From Thioclava sp. (GTDB lineage Bacteria > Pseudomonadota > Alphaproteobacteria > Rhodobacterales > Rhodobacteraceae): a stretch of 64,000 bases of DNA. The notes below the pieces were generated by a model. The model was given only the letters and a program-made list of their open reading frames with translations, was not told where the DNA came from and ran no database searches. Below, piece after piece: positions 1 through 10,103 of the stretch. The translations under genes and the position numbers were made by a program. Every line of letters begins with the position of its first letter. The first letter of the stretch is position 1. The stretch covers positions 239,678 through 303,677 of the forward strand of contig NZ_JBLXEM010000003.1 of NCBI RefSeq assembly GCF_048263065.1, written 5' to 3'.

Positions 1-1
1 A

Positions 2-178
2 AATGTTGAAAAAGTGATAGCCGCAGCAGAGCTGAAACTGGCTGGTCATGGCCGTTTGCTGATCCGCAAATCCGGCACCGAACCCCTAATCCGCGTCATG
101 GCCGAATGTGAGGATGAGACGGTTTTGCACGATGCGGTTGAAAGCATCGTTGCCGCTGTCGAGGCGGAAACCGCGTAA
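2..178 (+). CDS. glmM: phosphoglucosamine mutase, C-terminal fragment (5' end outside window)
   Basis: Frame 2 reads ...[25 protein letters not shown]...AETA*. SGTEPxxRVMxE is the conserved C-terminal motif of GlmM-type phosphohexomutases. TAA at 176-178. Confidence 0.8.
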   Translation, partial: NVEKVIAAAELKLAGHGRLLIRKSGTEPLIRVMAECEDETVLHDAVESIVAAVEAETA

Positions 179-211
179 GGGGAGGCGCGGCAACCGCGCG
201 TCGTAAACGCT

Positions 212-601
212 TCAGCCGCCGAAAAGACGCGAGCCCAGCCAAATCAGCAACGCTGCTTCGTACAAGGTCCAAAATACCCCAATCCAGCGCCAGACTTTTG
301 GCCCCGGCGTGCGCAATACGCTACGCACCAATCCGCTCAGAACGACAAGCCGATATAGCCCCACGGCAAGTGCGACCGACCCGAACAGCGGCTCCAAATG
401 CCCCGGCATCGCCATGGCCGTAAACAATGCGACGATCACCAAAAGCGGCACAACGATCAGCGCGGGCCCATAGTTGCCAATCCAAAACGTATCACCGGGC
501 GATAAGCGACCTGAGAAGAGGTCGCCAAACCACTGGGGCGTAAAAAATTTCGTGCGTTCGGCATGGATCGCGTTCAGCTCGGATTTGGACAGGTTTGCCA
601 T
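212..601 (-). CDS. hypothetical small membrane protein (about 3 TM segments)
   Basis: ORF 212..706; I chose the internal ATG at 601 (MANLSKSEL...). The hydrophobic segments LIVVPLLVIVALFTAMAM, VALAVGLYRLVVLSGLV and IGVFWTLYEAALLIWLG look transmembrane. No family recognised. Confidence 0.5.
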   Translation of the reverse strand: MANLSKSELNAIHAERTKFFTPQWFGDLFSGRLSPGDTFWIGNYGPALIVVPLLVIVALFTAMAMPGHLEPLFGSVALAVGLYRLVVLSGLVRSVLRTPGPKVWRWIGVFWTLYEAALLIWLGSRLFGG

Positions 602-638
602 AAGGCCTCCGCTAGGTTCGTCGCTAGACTCTGACAAG

Positions 639-663
639 AAAAAGGGCGCCCCGCAAGGCGCCC
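639..663 (-). terminator. Rho-independent terminator downstream of ilvC
   Basis: GGGCGCC (644-650) / GGCGCCC (657-663) forms a 7-bp stem with a 6-nt loop. AAAAA at 639-643 gives a T-run on the minus strand, 24 nt after the ilvC stop. Confidence 0.7.
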
Positions 664-686
664 CTCCTGATGCATGTCGTCGCGCC

Positions 687-2290
<1,604 letters not shown>

Positions 2291-2294
<4 letters not shown>

Positions 2295-2752
2295 GCCTTG
2301 ATCTCGATGATCTGGATCGCGCCATTTTGCGCGCGCTGACACAAGATGCCACGCAAAGTGCGGGCGCATTGGGGCGGCATTTGGGGCTGTCGCAACCCGC
2401 GACGTGGCGGCGAATCAAGCGCCTTGAGACGGCGGGCGTGTTGGCCGGTCGGCGCGTGGATCTTGATCAAGAGGCGCTCGGATTTGGGGTGACCGTGTTT
2501 TTGGGCATCAAGCTGGCGGCGAAGGGCCGCGTGAGTCTTGATGACTTTGAGCGCGCCGTGACCGCCATCCCCGAGGTGCAGGTGGTGCAGCACGTCTTGG
2601 GGCTGTTTGACTATCGCTTGCGGGTGACTGCGCGAGATCTACCAGATTTTGAGCGTGTGTTGCGGCGTCGGATTATGACGCTTCCCGGTGTCGGTCAGGT
2701 CGAGGCGAATGTGTTGCTCAGCGAAGAGCGACGTCCGGGTCCGTTAGGTTAA
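2291..2752 (+). CDS. Lrp/AsnC family transcriptional regulator (second tandem copy)
   Basis: 153 aa with DRAILRALTQDATQSAGALGRHLGLSQPATWRRIKRLETAGVL. It shares a 4-bp ATGA overlap with the preceding paralogue. Confidence 0.85.
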
Positions 2753-2889
2753 TTTTTCCTGCGTAAAAAATAGGCGATGCGCGCCCTAAATGAGCAATTC
2801 TGTCATTGTCGTGCGCCTCCGCGCTGCGATAAATCCGCCAAGAATGGACGTTATCCCTGCTCAGCGTTTGGATCGTGCAAGAGGGTCCA

Positions 2890-3714
2890 ATGCTAGATGT
2901 CAAAGCCGCCAATATTGCACCACCAGTGATGCAGCGCTCGTACGGCGCAGCGCGCGTGGCGTTTGACGGATCGCGGTTGCGCACATTGCAACAACGCGGA
3001 TCGGCCAAGGCAATCTTGCCACGGGTCACGGCGGAACCGGAAATCGTTTTCCTCAATACATCCGGTGGGTTAACCGCGGGTGATACGCTGGAATATGCCT
3101 GCGATCTGCGCGATGGCGCGCGCGTCGTGGCAACCACTCAGGCAGCCGAACGTGCATATCGCGCCGATGACGGTCGCGCCGAGGTGCAAGTGCGCCATCG
3201 CGTGGGTGCCAGGTGTTGGCTGGATTGGCTGCCGCAAGAAACGATCCTGTTTGATCGCGCCAAGCTCGCGCGCGAAACAGTGATCGAGCTGGCACCAGAC
3301 GCAGGATGCCTGATGCTTGAGGCCGTTGTTTTGGGGCGGATCGCAATGGGCGAACGCGTATCGGACTTGCAGTTTTTCGACATGCGGCGGATCGAAAGAG
3401 CCGGAAAACCCATATTTGTTGAACCATTCTTGCTCAATTCCGACATACTGGCGCAGGGCACGCGCTCGGCAATTCTGGGCGAGGCGCGCGCGATGGCGAC
3501 CTTGGTTTTATGCGCACAGGATGCACAAGATGCAGCCGAGGCCGCGCGTGCAGTCCTAGATGAGTCGGGGGTTGAGGGCGCAGTTTCGGGCTTTGACGGA
3601 AAATGCGTCATCCGCCTGCTGGCGCGCGAAAACTGGCCGCTGCGCCGCCAGATTTTGCGTTTGATGGAATGCTTGCGTCGTGGGCAGGCAGCACCGCGCG
3701 TCTGGCAGATCTGA
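2890..3714 (+). CDS. ureD: urease accessory protein UreD
   Basis: Position at the head of the ure cluster and the typical ...LRTLQQRGSAKAILPRV...FLNTSGGLTAGD... signature. ATG 2890 is preceded by AGAGGG; GTG 2875 is an alternative start. Confidence 0.85.
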   Translation: MLDVKAANIAPPVMQRSYGAARVAFDGSRLRTLQQRGSAKAILPRVTAEPEIVFLNTSGGLTAGDTLEYACDLRDGARVVATTQAAERAYRADDGRAEVQVRHRVGARCWLDWLPQETILFDRAKLARETVIELAPDAGCLMLEAVVLGRIAMGERVSDLQFFDMRRIERAGKPIFVEPFLLNSDILAQGTRSAILGEARAMATLVLCAQDAQDAAEAARAVLDESGVEGAVSGFDGKCVIRLLARENWPLRRQILRLMECLRRGQAAPRVWQI

Positions 3715-3723
3715 GGGGAATAG

Positions 3724-4026
3724 ATGAACCTGACACCAAGAGAAAAAGACAAACTCCTGATCAGTCTTGCGGCAATGGTCGCGCGTGGGCGGTTGCAGCG
3801 GGGCGTAAAGCTTAACCATCCCGAAGCGATTGCGATCATTAGTGATTTCGTCGTCGAAGGCGCGCGCGAAGGCCGCACGGTCGCCGACCTGATGGAGGCA
3901 GGCGCGGGCGTGATCACGGCCGAGCAATGCATGTCGGGAATCCCTGAGATGATCCATTCAATCCAAGTCGAGGCAACCTTTCCCGATGGCACCAAACTTG
4001 TGACCGTCCACCACCCCATCCGCTGA
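3724..4026 (+). CDS. ureA: urease subunit gamma
   Basis: 100 aa: [39 protein letters not shown]... Confidence 0.97.
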   Translation: MNLTPREKDKLLISLAAMVARGRLQRGVKLNHPEAIAIISDFVVEGAREGRTVADLMEAGAGVITAEQCMSGIPEMIHSIQVEATFPDGTKLVTVHHPIR

Positions 4027-4064
4027 GATAAGCCCTGCTTATTCTTAAGCCCTCAAAATAAGTT

Positions 4065-4265
4065 ATGCTAAAGAAAGCCTGTCTGATGAAGCTATTAGTA
4101 ACCCTAGCCGTCCTCGCGCCCAGCGTCGCGCTGGCCCATCCCGGTCATAGCGCGGGCACGACATGGTTTTTCCATGATGGCCCGATGATCGGCGTGCTGG
4201 CACTGACCGCCGCGGCCTATCTTGCGCCGGAACTGGTGCGCGTTTTGCGCCGCAACCGGGGGTGA
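4065..4265 (+). CDS. small secreted/membrane protein within the urease operon (signal peptide, HPGH motif, one TM)
   Basis: 66-aa ORF filling the 243-bp ureA-ureB gap and ending 4 nt before the ure[21 protein letters not shown]|HPGH... is followed by the hydrophobic stretch [15 protein letters not shown] and a basic tail. The start could be ATG 4065 or 4086. Confidence 0.5.
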   Translation: MLKKACLMKLLVTLAVLAPSVALAHPGHSAGTTWFFHDGPMIGVLALTAAAYLAPELVRVLRRNRG

Positions 4266-4269
4266 GGCG

Positions 4270-4575
4270 ATGATCCCGGGGGAAATTCTGCCCGCTGATG
4301 GTGAAATCACGCTGAATGCCGGGGCCGAGGTGCTTACGCTGATGGTGGCGAATACCGGCGACCGTCCGGTGCAAGTCGGCAGCCATTATCATTTCGGCGA
4401 AACGAATCCGGCGCTGGAGTTTGATCGTGCAGCGGCGCGTGGCTATCGGCTCGATATCGCGGCAGGCACGGCGGTGCGGTTTGAGCCGGGTCAGTCGCGC
4501 GAAGTGCGGCTTGTTCCCTTTGGTGGCGCTCGGCAAGTTTATGGTTTTAATCAGAAAGTAATGGGGGCGCTGTAA
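4270..4575 (+). CDS. ureB: urease subunit beta
   Basis: [18 protein letters not shown]...[20 protein letters not shown]...; 101 aa from the internal ATG at 4270. Confidence 0.97.
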   Translation: MIPGEILPADGEITLNAGAEVLTLMVANTGDRPVQVGSHYHFGETNPALEFDRAAARGYRLDIAAGTAVRFEPGQSREVRLVPFGGARQVYGFNQKVMGAL

Positions 4576-6281
4576 TGGCTGCAACGATCTCGCGCGCGAC
4601 CTATGCCGATATGTTTGGCCCTACCACGGGTGACCGGGTGCGGCTCGCCGACACTGATCTGCTCATCGAGGTTGAGCGCGATCTCACGACTTACGGTGAA
4701 GAGGTAAAGTTCGGTGGCGGTAAGGTCATTCGTGACGGGATGGGGCAAAGCCAGATCTCGCGGGCGGGCGGAGCGGTGGATACGGTCATTACCAATGCGC
4801 TGATTGTGGATCATACGGGGATTTATAAGGCCGACGTGGGCTTGCGCGACGGGATGATTGCGGCGATCGGCAAGGCGGGCAACCCTGATACGCAATCGGG
4901 CGTCGATATCATCATCGGTCCGGGCACCGAAGCCATTGCGGGCGAAGGAAAAATCCTGACCGCGGGCGGCTTTGACGCGCATATCCATTTCATCTGTCCG
5001 CAGCAGATTGAAGACGCGCTGGCCTCTGGGATCACGACGATGCTGGGCGGTGGCACGGGGCCGGCACATGGCACGCTGGCGACGACCTGCACGCCGGGGC
5101 CGTGGCATATCGGGCGGATGTTGCAAAGTTTTGATGCGCTTCCGGTCAATCTTGCGCTGTCGGGGAAGGGCAATGCCTCGCGTCCCGAGGCGCTGGTTGA
5201 GATGGTGAATGGCGGGGCGGCGGCGCTGAAGCTGCATGAAGATTGGGGCACAACTCCGGGCGCGATTGATTGCTGCCTGTCCGTGGCCGATGACATGGAT
5301 GTGCAGGTGATGATTCACACGGATACGCTGAACGAGAGCGGTTTTGTGGAAAACACGCTTGCGGCAATCAAGGGGCGCACGATTCACGCGTTTCACACCG
5401 AGGGTGCGGGGGGCGGGCATGCGCCGGACATCCTGAAAGTGGTGAGTTCGCCCAATGTGATCCCGTCCTCGACCAACCCGACGCGGCCCTACACGGCCAA
5501 CACGGTTGAAGAGCATCTCGATATGCTGATGGTCTGTCATCACCTTGATAATAAGGTGCCCGAGGATGTGGCATTCGCCGAAAGCCGCATTCGCAAAGAG
5601 ACGATCGCGGCGGAAGATATCCTGCATGATATGGGCGCGATGTCGATTATCAGCTCGGATTCACAGGCAATGGGGCGGGTCGGTGAGGTAATCATTCGCT
5701 GCTGGCAAACGGCGGACAAGATGCGCAAGCAGCGCGGGCGGTTGCCTGAAGAGCAGGGCGAAAACGACAATGCGCGCGTCAAACGCTATATCGCAAAGTA
5801 TACGATTAACCCGGCAATCTGCCATGGGATGAGTCGGCATATCGGATCTATCGAGGTTGGTAAACGCGCCGATCTGGTGCTGTGGAATCCGGCGTTTTTT
5901 GCAGCCAAGCCCGAGATGGTGCTGATTGGTGGCATGATCGTTTCGGCCCAGATGGGCGATCCGAACGGCTCGATCCCGGCGCAACCGTTTTACACGCGCA
6001 ATATGTTTGGGGCCTTGGGCGGGGCGCGTCACGCATCAAGCGTAACATTCGTGTCCCAAGCCGCGCAGACCAATGGTATTGCGGCGGCGCTGGGCTTGCA
6101 AAAATCGACGCTGGCGGTGGAAAACACCCGCAAGATCGGCAAGGCGGATATGGTTCACAACGCGGCTACGCCCCAGATCGATGTGCATCCCGAAACATAT
6201 GAGGTGCGCGCAGATGGCGAGTTACTGACCTGCGAACCTGCGACAACCTTGCCGCTGGCACAGCGTTACTTTCTGTTCTGA
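4575..6281 (+). CDS. ureC: urease subunit alpha
   Basis: 568 aa with the motifs [24 protein letters not shown] and [13 protein letters not shown]. It has a TAATG overlap with ureB. Confidence 0.98.
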   Translation: MAATISRATYADMFGPTTGDRVRLADTDLLIEVERDLTTYGEEVKFGGGKVIRDGMGQSQISRAGGAVDTVITNALIVDHTGIYKADVGLRDGMIAAIGKAGNPDTQSGVDIIIGPGTEAIAGEGKILTAGGFDAHIHFICPQQIEDALASGITTMLGGGTGPAHGTLATTCTPGPWHIGRMLQSFDALPVNLALSGKGNASRPEALVEMVNGGAAALKLHEDWGTTPGAIDCCLSVADDMDVQVMIHTDTLNESGFVENTLAAIKGRTIHAFHTEGAGGGHAPDILKVVSSPNVIPSSTNPTRPYTANTVEEHLDMLMVCHHLDNKVPEDVAFAESRIRKETIAAEDILHDMGAMSIISSDSQAMGRVGEVIIRCWQTADKMRKQRGRLPEEQGENDNARVKRYIAKYTINPAICHGMSRHIGSIEVGKRADLVLWNPAFFAAKPEMVLIGGMIVSAQMGDPNGSIPAQPFYTRNMFGALGGARHASSVTFVSQAAQTNGIAAALGLQKSTLAVENTRKIGKADMVHNAATPQIDVHPETYEVRADGELLTCEPATTLPLAQRYFLF

Positions 6282-6294
6282 GGGGGCAATGCAC

Positions 6295-6633
6295 TTACGA
6301 GACCAGAGTGAGAGGCGCAGCCCATTGGGGGTGAGCCGGGGCGACGATTTCGGGCAAGCGTTTCGCGGCGCGCTCAGTGGGCGCGGTGCGCAAAACGCGC
6401 ATCACCTTATCGCGCTGATAGGCGGGGTCGTTGCGAATGGATGCGGGCAGCAGACGCGGGTCAAAGACGGCGTGCCGTTCTGTGCGGATCTCGACCTTGC
6501 TCCAACGGCCAATCTTAGGCATGTCGGCGCGGGTCAGATACGCCTCGCGCAAGACAGCCTCGCGGCGTTTGAGCCGAGCAATTTCGGCGCGGACGAGAGC
6601 GAGTTCATCGGCAGGGGCGCGGTAATCGAACAT
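6295..6633 (-). CDS. hypothetical basic protein, antisense to the ure operon direction (strand assignment uncertain)
   Basis: ATG 6633 is preceded by GGAGA with a 6-nt spacer. The product (MFDYRAPADELALVRAEIARLKRREAVLREAYL...) looks protein-like. A competing plus-strand ORF at 6289..6672 cannot be excluded. Confidence 0.45.
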   Translation of the reverse strand: MFDYRAPADELALVRAEIARLKRREAVLREAYLTRADMPKIGRWSKVEIRTERHAVFDPRLLPASIRNDPAYQRDKVMRVLRTAPTERAAKRLPEIVAPAHPQWAAPLTLVS

Positions 6634-6704
6634 TCTGTTTCTCCATCGGTCTTGCCCCAATCCTGCGTGTAGAAGCTTGAAAAAATGTTAATGGAGATAG
6701 CGCG

Positions 6705-7214
6705 ATGAGTGATTTTCCGACGGCCGTAAAAATTGCTAAAAAGGGTGCATGGCAGGGTGCTACTGATCATGTTGCGCTGGATTACGAAGGACGATTTTTG
6801 CGCCGCAAACGTTTGGTGGCGGATTCGGGGGTGGGGTTTTTGGTCGATCTGGCCGAGGTCACGAATCTGCACGGAGGTGAGGCGTTTGTGCTGGCGGATG
6901 GGCGGTTCATTGAGGTGCGCCCGGCGTTGGAACCGGTGCTGGTGATCCGGGGCGATCTGGCGCGGCTGGCTTGGCATATCGGCAATCGCCACACGCCTTG
7001 TCAGATCCGCCCGGACCGCTTGGTGATCCGGGCGGATCATGTGCTGGAGGGGATGCTCAAGGGGCTTGGTGCGCAGGTCAGCCCCGGTGTTGAACCCTTC
7101 CAACCCGAGGGCGGCGCCTATGGGATGGGCCGCACGATGGGCCACGACCACGGCCACAGCCATCATCACGATCACGGCCAAGGGCATCATCACCACAGTC
7201 ACGATCATGCCTGA
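6705..7214 (+). CDS. ureE: urease accessory protein UreE (nickel metallochaperone, His-rich tail)
   Basis: 169 aa containing ...HIGNRHTPCQI.... The C-terminus is GHDHGHSHHHDHGQGHHHHSHDHA. Confidence 0.9.
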   Translation: MSDFPTAVKIAKKGAWQGATDHVALDYEGRFLRRKRLVADSGVGFLVDLAEVTNLHGGEAFVLADGRFIEVRPALEPVLVIRGDLARLAWHIGNRHTPCQIRPDRLVIRADHVLEGMLKGLGAQVSPGVEPFQPEGGAYGMGRTMGHDHGHSHHHDHGQGHHHHSHDHA

Positions 7215-7845
7215 GATCGCCGCGCATTTGTCGCTGATGCAATGGCTTTCGCCGGGGTTTCCGACGGGGGCTTTCGCCTATAGCCACGGGCTCGAGCAGG
7301 CGATTGCGGCGGGTGATGTGACGGATGCGGGCAGCTTCGCGCATTGGCTGGAGGATGTGCTGACGTATGGCGCTGGCTGGAGCGATGCGGTGCTGCTGGC
7401 CTGCGGTTTTCGCGGTGAAGATCTGGGTGCGCTGGATGATCTGGCGCGAGCGCTTGCGGGCTCGGCAGAGCGGTTGCACGAAACGGTGGAGCAGGGGGCG
7501 GCCTTTGCGCGTGCGCAAGAGGGTCTGCGCGGGGTCGCGGTGTCGCCGCGTGCTTTGCCGGTGTCGGTGGCTGATGCGGCGCGCAATTTGCCGCTTGCGC
7601 CCGATCAGGTAATAGCACTTTTTCTACATTCTTTCGCGGCGAACTTGGTGTCAGCGGCGGTTAGACTTGTCCCTTTAGGACAAATCTCCGGTCAACGCGT
7701 GCTTGCCGAGATGCATGGGCAGATTACCCAGATTGCGCAGCGCGCCGCGCAGGCGAAGACGACCGATATCGCGACCAGCGCCTTTCGCGCCGAGATGGCG
7801 GCAATGCAACATGAGACGCTGGATGTGCGTCTGTTCAGGACCTGA
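7207..7845 (+). CDS. ureF: urease accessory protein UreF
   Basis: MPEIAAHLSLMQWLSPGFPTGAFAYSHGLE...AANLVSAAVRLVPLGQ.... The internal ATG at 7207 overlaps the ureE end by 8 nt. Confidence 0.9.
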   Translation: MPEIAAHLSLMQWLSPGFPTGAFAYSHGLEQAIAAGDVTDAGSFAHWLEDVLTYGAGWSDAVLLACGFRGEDLGALDDLARALAGSAERLHETVEQGAAFARAQEGLRGVAVSPRALPVSVADAARNLPLAPDQVIALFLHSFAANLVSAAVRLVPLGQISGQRVLAEMHGQITQIAQRAAQAKTTDIATSAFRAEMAAMQHETLDVRLFRT

Positions 7846-7854
7846 GGGGGGAGT

Positions 7855-8481
7855 ATGGGCAACGGACCTTTACGCGTAGGAATTGGCGGGCCGGTGGGCG
7901 TGGGCAAGACGACGCTGACCGAGCAACTGGCCCGCGCGCTGGCGCCGCGGCTGTCGATGGCGGTGGTGACCAATGACATCTATACGCGCGAGGATGCCGA
8001 GGCGTTGATGCGCGCGCAAGTGCTGCCTGCGGATCGGATTCGCGGTGTGGAAACGGGGGGGTGTCCGCACACGGCGATCCGCGAGGATGCCTCGATCAAC
8101 CTCGCCGCGATTGCCGATCTCAACCGCGCGTTTCCCGATCTGGAACTGGTGCTGATTGAATCGGGCGGCGATAATTTGGCCGCCACGTTCAGCCCCGAAT
8201 TGGCCGATCTGACGATCTATGTGATCGACACGGCGGCGGGGCAGGATATTCCGCGCAAACGCGGGCCGGGGGTGACGAAATCGGACCTGCTTGTGGTGAA
8301 CAAGACCGATCTTGCGCCCTATGTCGGGGTCGATCTGGATCTATTGGAGAGTGACACGAAGCGCGCGCGGGGCGATAAACCTTATGTGCTGGCGCGGCTG
8401 CGCCAAGGGGCGGGGGTCGAAGATGTGGTGGCGTTTTTGATCCGCGAAGGCGGTTTACTGCCGAAGGCGATTCTTATGTAA
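7855..8481 (+). CDS. ureG: urease accessory GTPase UreG
   Basis: 208 aa with P-loop [17 protein letters not shown] and NKTDL. Confidence 0.97.
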   Translation: MGNGPLRVGIGGPVGVGKTTLTEQLARALAPRLSMAVVTNDIYTREDAEALMRAQVLPADRIRGVETGGCPHTAIREDASINLAAIADLNRAFPDLELVLIESGGDNLAATFSPELADLTIYVIDTAAGQDIPRKRGPGVTKSDLLVVNKTDLAPYVGVDLDLLESDTKRARGDKPYVLARLRQGAGVEDVVAFLIREGGLLPKAILM

Positions 8482-8554
8482 CTGAGTATTTTGCGCTGAA
8501 AAATTGCGCAGTTTCTATATTTTCACGTATGAAATTTCAGCAAATTCGCCTTCT

Positions 8555-8570
8555 TGGCGTGATTTATGCG
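8555..8570 (+). promoter_or_regulatory. candidate sigma-54-type -24/-12 element upstream of urtA
   Basis: TGGCGTGATTTATGCG has GG (8556-57) and GC (8568-69) with the canonical 10-nt spacing, against the consensus TGGCAC-N5-TTGCW. It lies about 180 nt upstream of the urtA ATG. Confidence 0.3.
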
Positions 8571-8751
8571 GCGGTTGCGCGGTTTATTTTGCCGCAATGC
8601 AGCGGTCGCGGCTTCGATGGTTGAGGCGCCGAAACCGGGCCATCGGTCGCAGCATGGATCTGCGCACTGCAATCAACATTGGGGGATCAGCCGCCGCGAC
8701 AAGAGCTTGCCGAATACAGGCCTCGCGCGCTGACACAACGAAGGAAAACAC

Positions 8752-10053
8752 ATGCTGACACGGCGCAATCTTATGATTTCAGCCGCCTTTGCGGGCGCGG
8801 CTTCGATGACGGGAAGCATTGCTTTTGCAGAGGGTGAAAAGATCAAGGTCGGGGTTTTGCACTCGCTTTCGGGGACGATGGCGATTTCGGAAACCACGCT
8901 GAAAGACACCGTTTTAATGCTGATTGAAGAGCAGAACAAAAAAGGCGGGATCAACGGCAAGATGCTGGAGGCGGTCGTGGTCGATCCGGCCTCGGATTGG
9001 CCGCTGTTTGCGGAAAAAGCGCGAGAGCTGATCTCGGTCGATAAGGTCGATGTGATCTTTGGGTGCTGGACCTCGGTGAGCCGTAAATCGGTGTTGCCGG
9101 TTCTTGAAGAACTGAACGGTTTGCTGTTCTACCCGGTGCAATATGAGGGCGAGGAAAGCTCGCGCAACGTGTTCTACACCGGCGCGGCCCCGAACCAGCA
9201 AGCGATCCCGGCGGTCGATTATTTCCTTGAGGAACTGGGCGTTGAGAAATTCGCGCTGCTGGGCACAGATTACGTCTACCCGCGCACCACGAACAACATT
9301 CTGGACGCCTATCTGAAATCCAAGGGCATCGCGGAGAGCGACATTTTCGTCAACTACACGCCTTTCGGGCAATCGGATTGGTCGAAAATTGTGTCTGACG
9401 TCAAGGCGTTGGGCGCGGATGGCAAGAAGGTCGGCGTGATCTCGACGATCAATGGCGATGCCAATATCGGGTTTTACAAGGAACTCGCGGCAAGCGGCAT
9501 CACAGCCGATGACATTCCGGTCGTGGCCTTTTCGGTGGGCGAAGAAGAGCTGTCGGGTCTGGGCGAGGCCGATCTGAAGAACCTCGTCGGCCAGCTTGCT
9601 GCCTGGAACTATTTCGAGAGTTCCGACACCCCTGAAAACGCCGCGTTTATCAAGCAATGGCACGCCTACACGGGCGACGATGCCCGCGTGACCAATGACC
9701 CGATGGAGGCCACTTATATCGGCTTTAACATGTGGGTGCAGGCGGTGACGCAGGTTGCCTCCACCGATATTGACAAGGTGATCGCCGCGATGCCGGGGCA
9801 GGAATTCCCCAACCTGACGGGCACCACAGCCACAATGCTGCCAAACCACCATCTGACGAAGCCGGTGCTGATTGGCGAAATTCAGGCCGATGGCCAGTTT
9901 GACATCATCAGCCAGACCGACCCGGTGCCGGGCGATGCCTGGACCGATTTCCTGCCGGAATCGGCGGTGCTGAAATCGGATTGGCCGGGGCTCGATTGCG
10001 GCATGTACAACACCGAAACCAAGACCTGCGTGCAAAAGAAGTCGAACTACTGA
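8752..10053 (+). CDS. urtA: urea ABC transporter substrate-binding protein
   Basis: 433 aa with a signal peptide and a Leu/Ile/Val-binding-protein-like fold signature (KVGVLHSLSGTMAISE...). It heads the urtABCDE cluster next to the ure genes. Confidence 0.9.
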   Translation: MLTRRNLMISAAFAGAASMTGSIAFAEGEKIKVGVLHSLSGTMAISETTLKDTVLMLIEEQNKKGGINGKMLEAVVVDPASDWPLFAEKARELISVDKVDVIFGCWTSVSRKSVLPVLEELNGLLFYPVQYEGEESSRNVFYTGAAPNQQAIPAVDYFLEELGVEKFALLGTDYVYPRTTNNILDAYLKSKGIAESDIFVNYTPFGQSDWSKIVSDVKALGADGKKVGVISTINGDANIGFYKELAASGITADDIPVVAFSVGEEELSGLGEADLKNLVGQLAAWNYFESSDTPENAAFIKQWHAYTGDDARVTNDPMEATYIGFNMWVQAVTQVASTDIDKVIAAMPGQEFPNLTGTTATMLPNHHLTKPVLIGEIQADGQFDIISQTDPVPGDAWTDFLPESAVLKSDWPGLDCGMYNTETKTCVQKKSNY

Positions 10054-10103
10054 TCGACCTGAGGCGGGGGGCTTCTCTCCCCGCCGATTTTCAAGGGGGC
10101 GGG

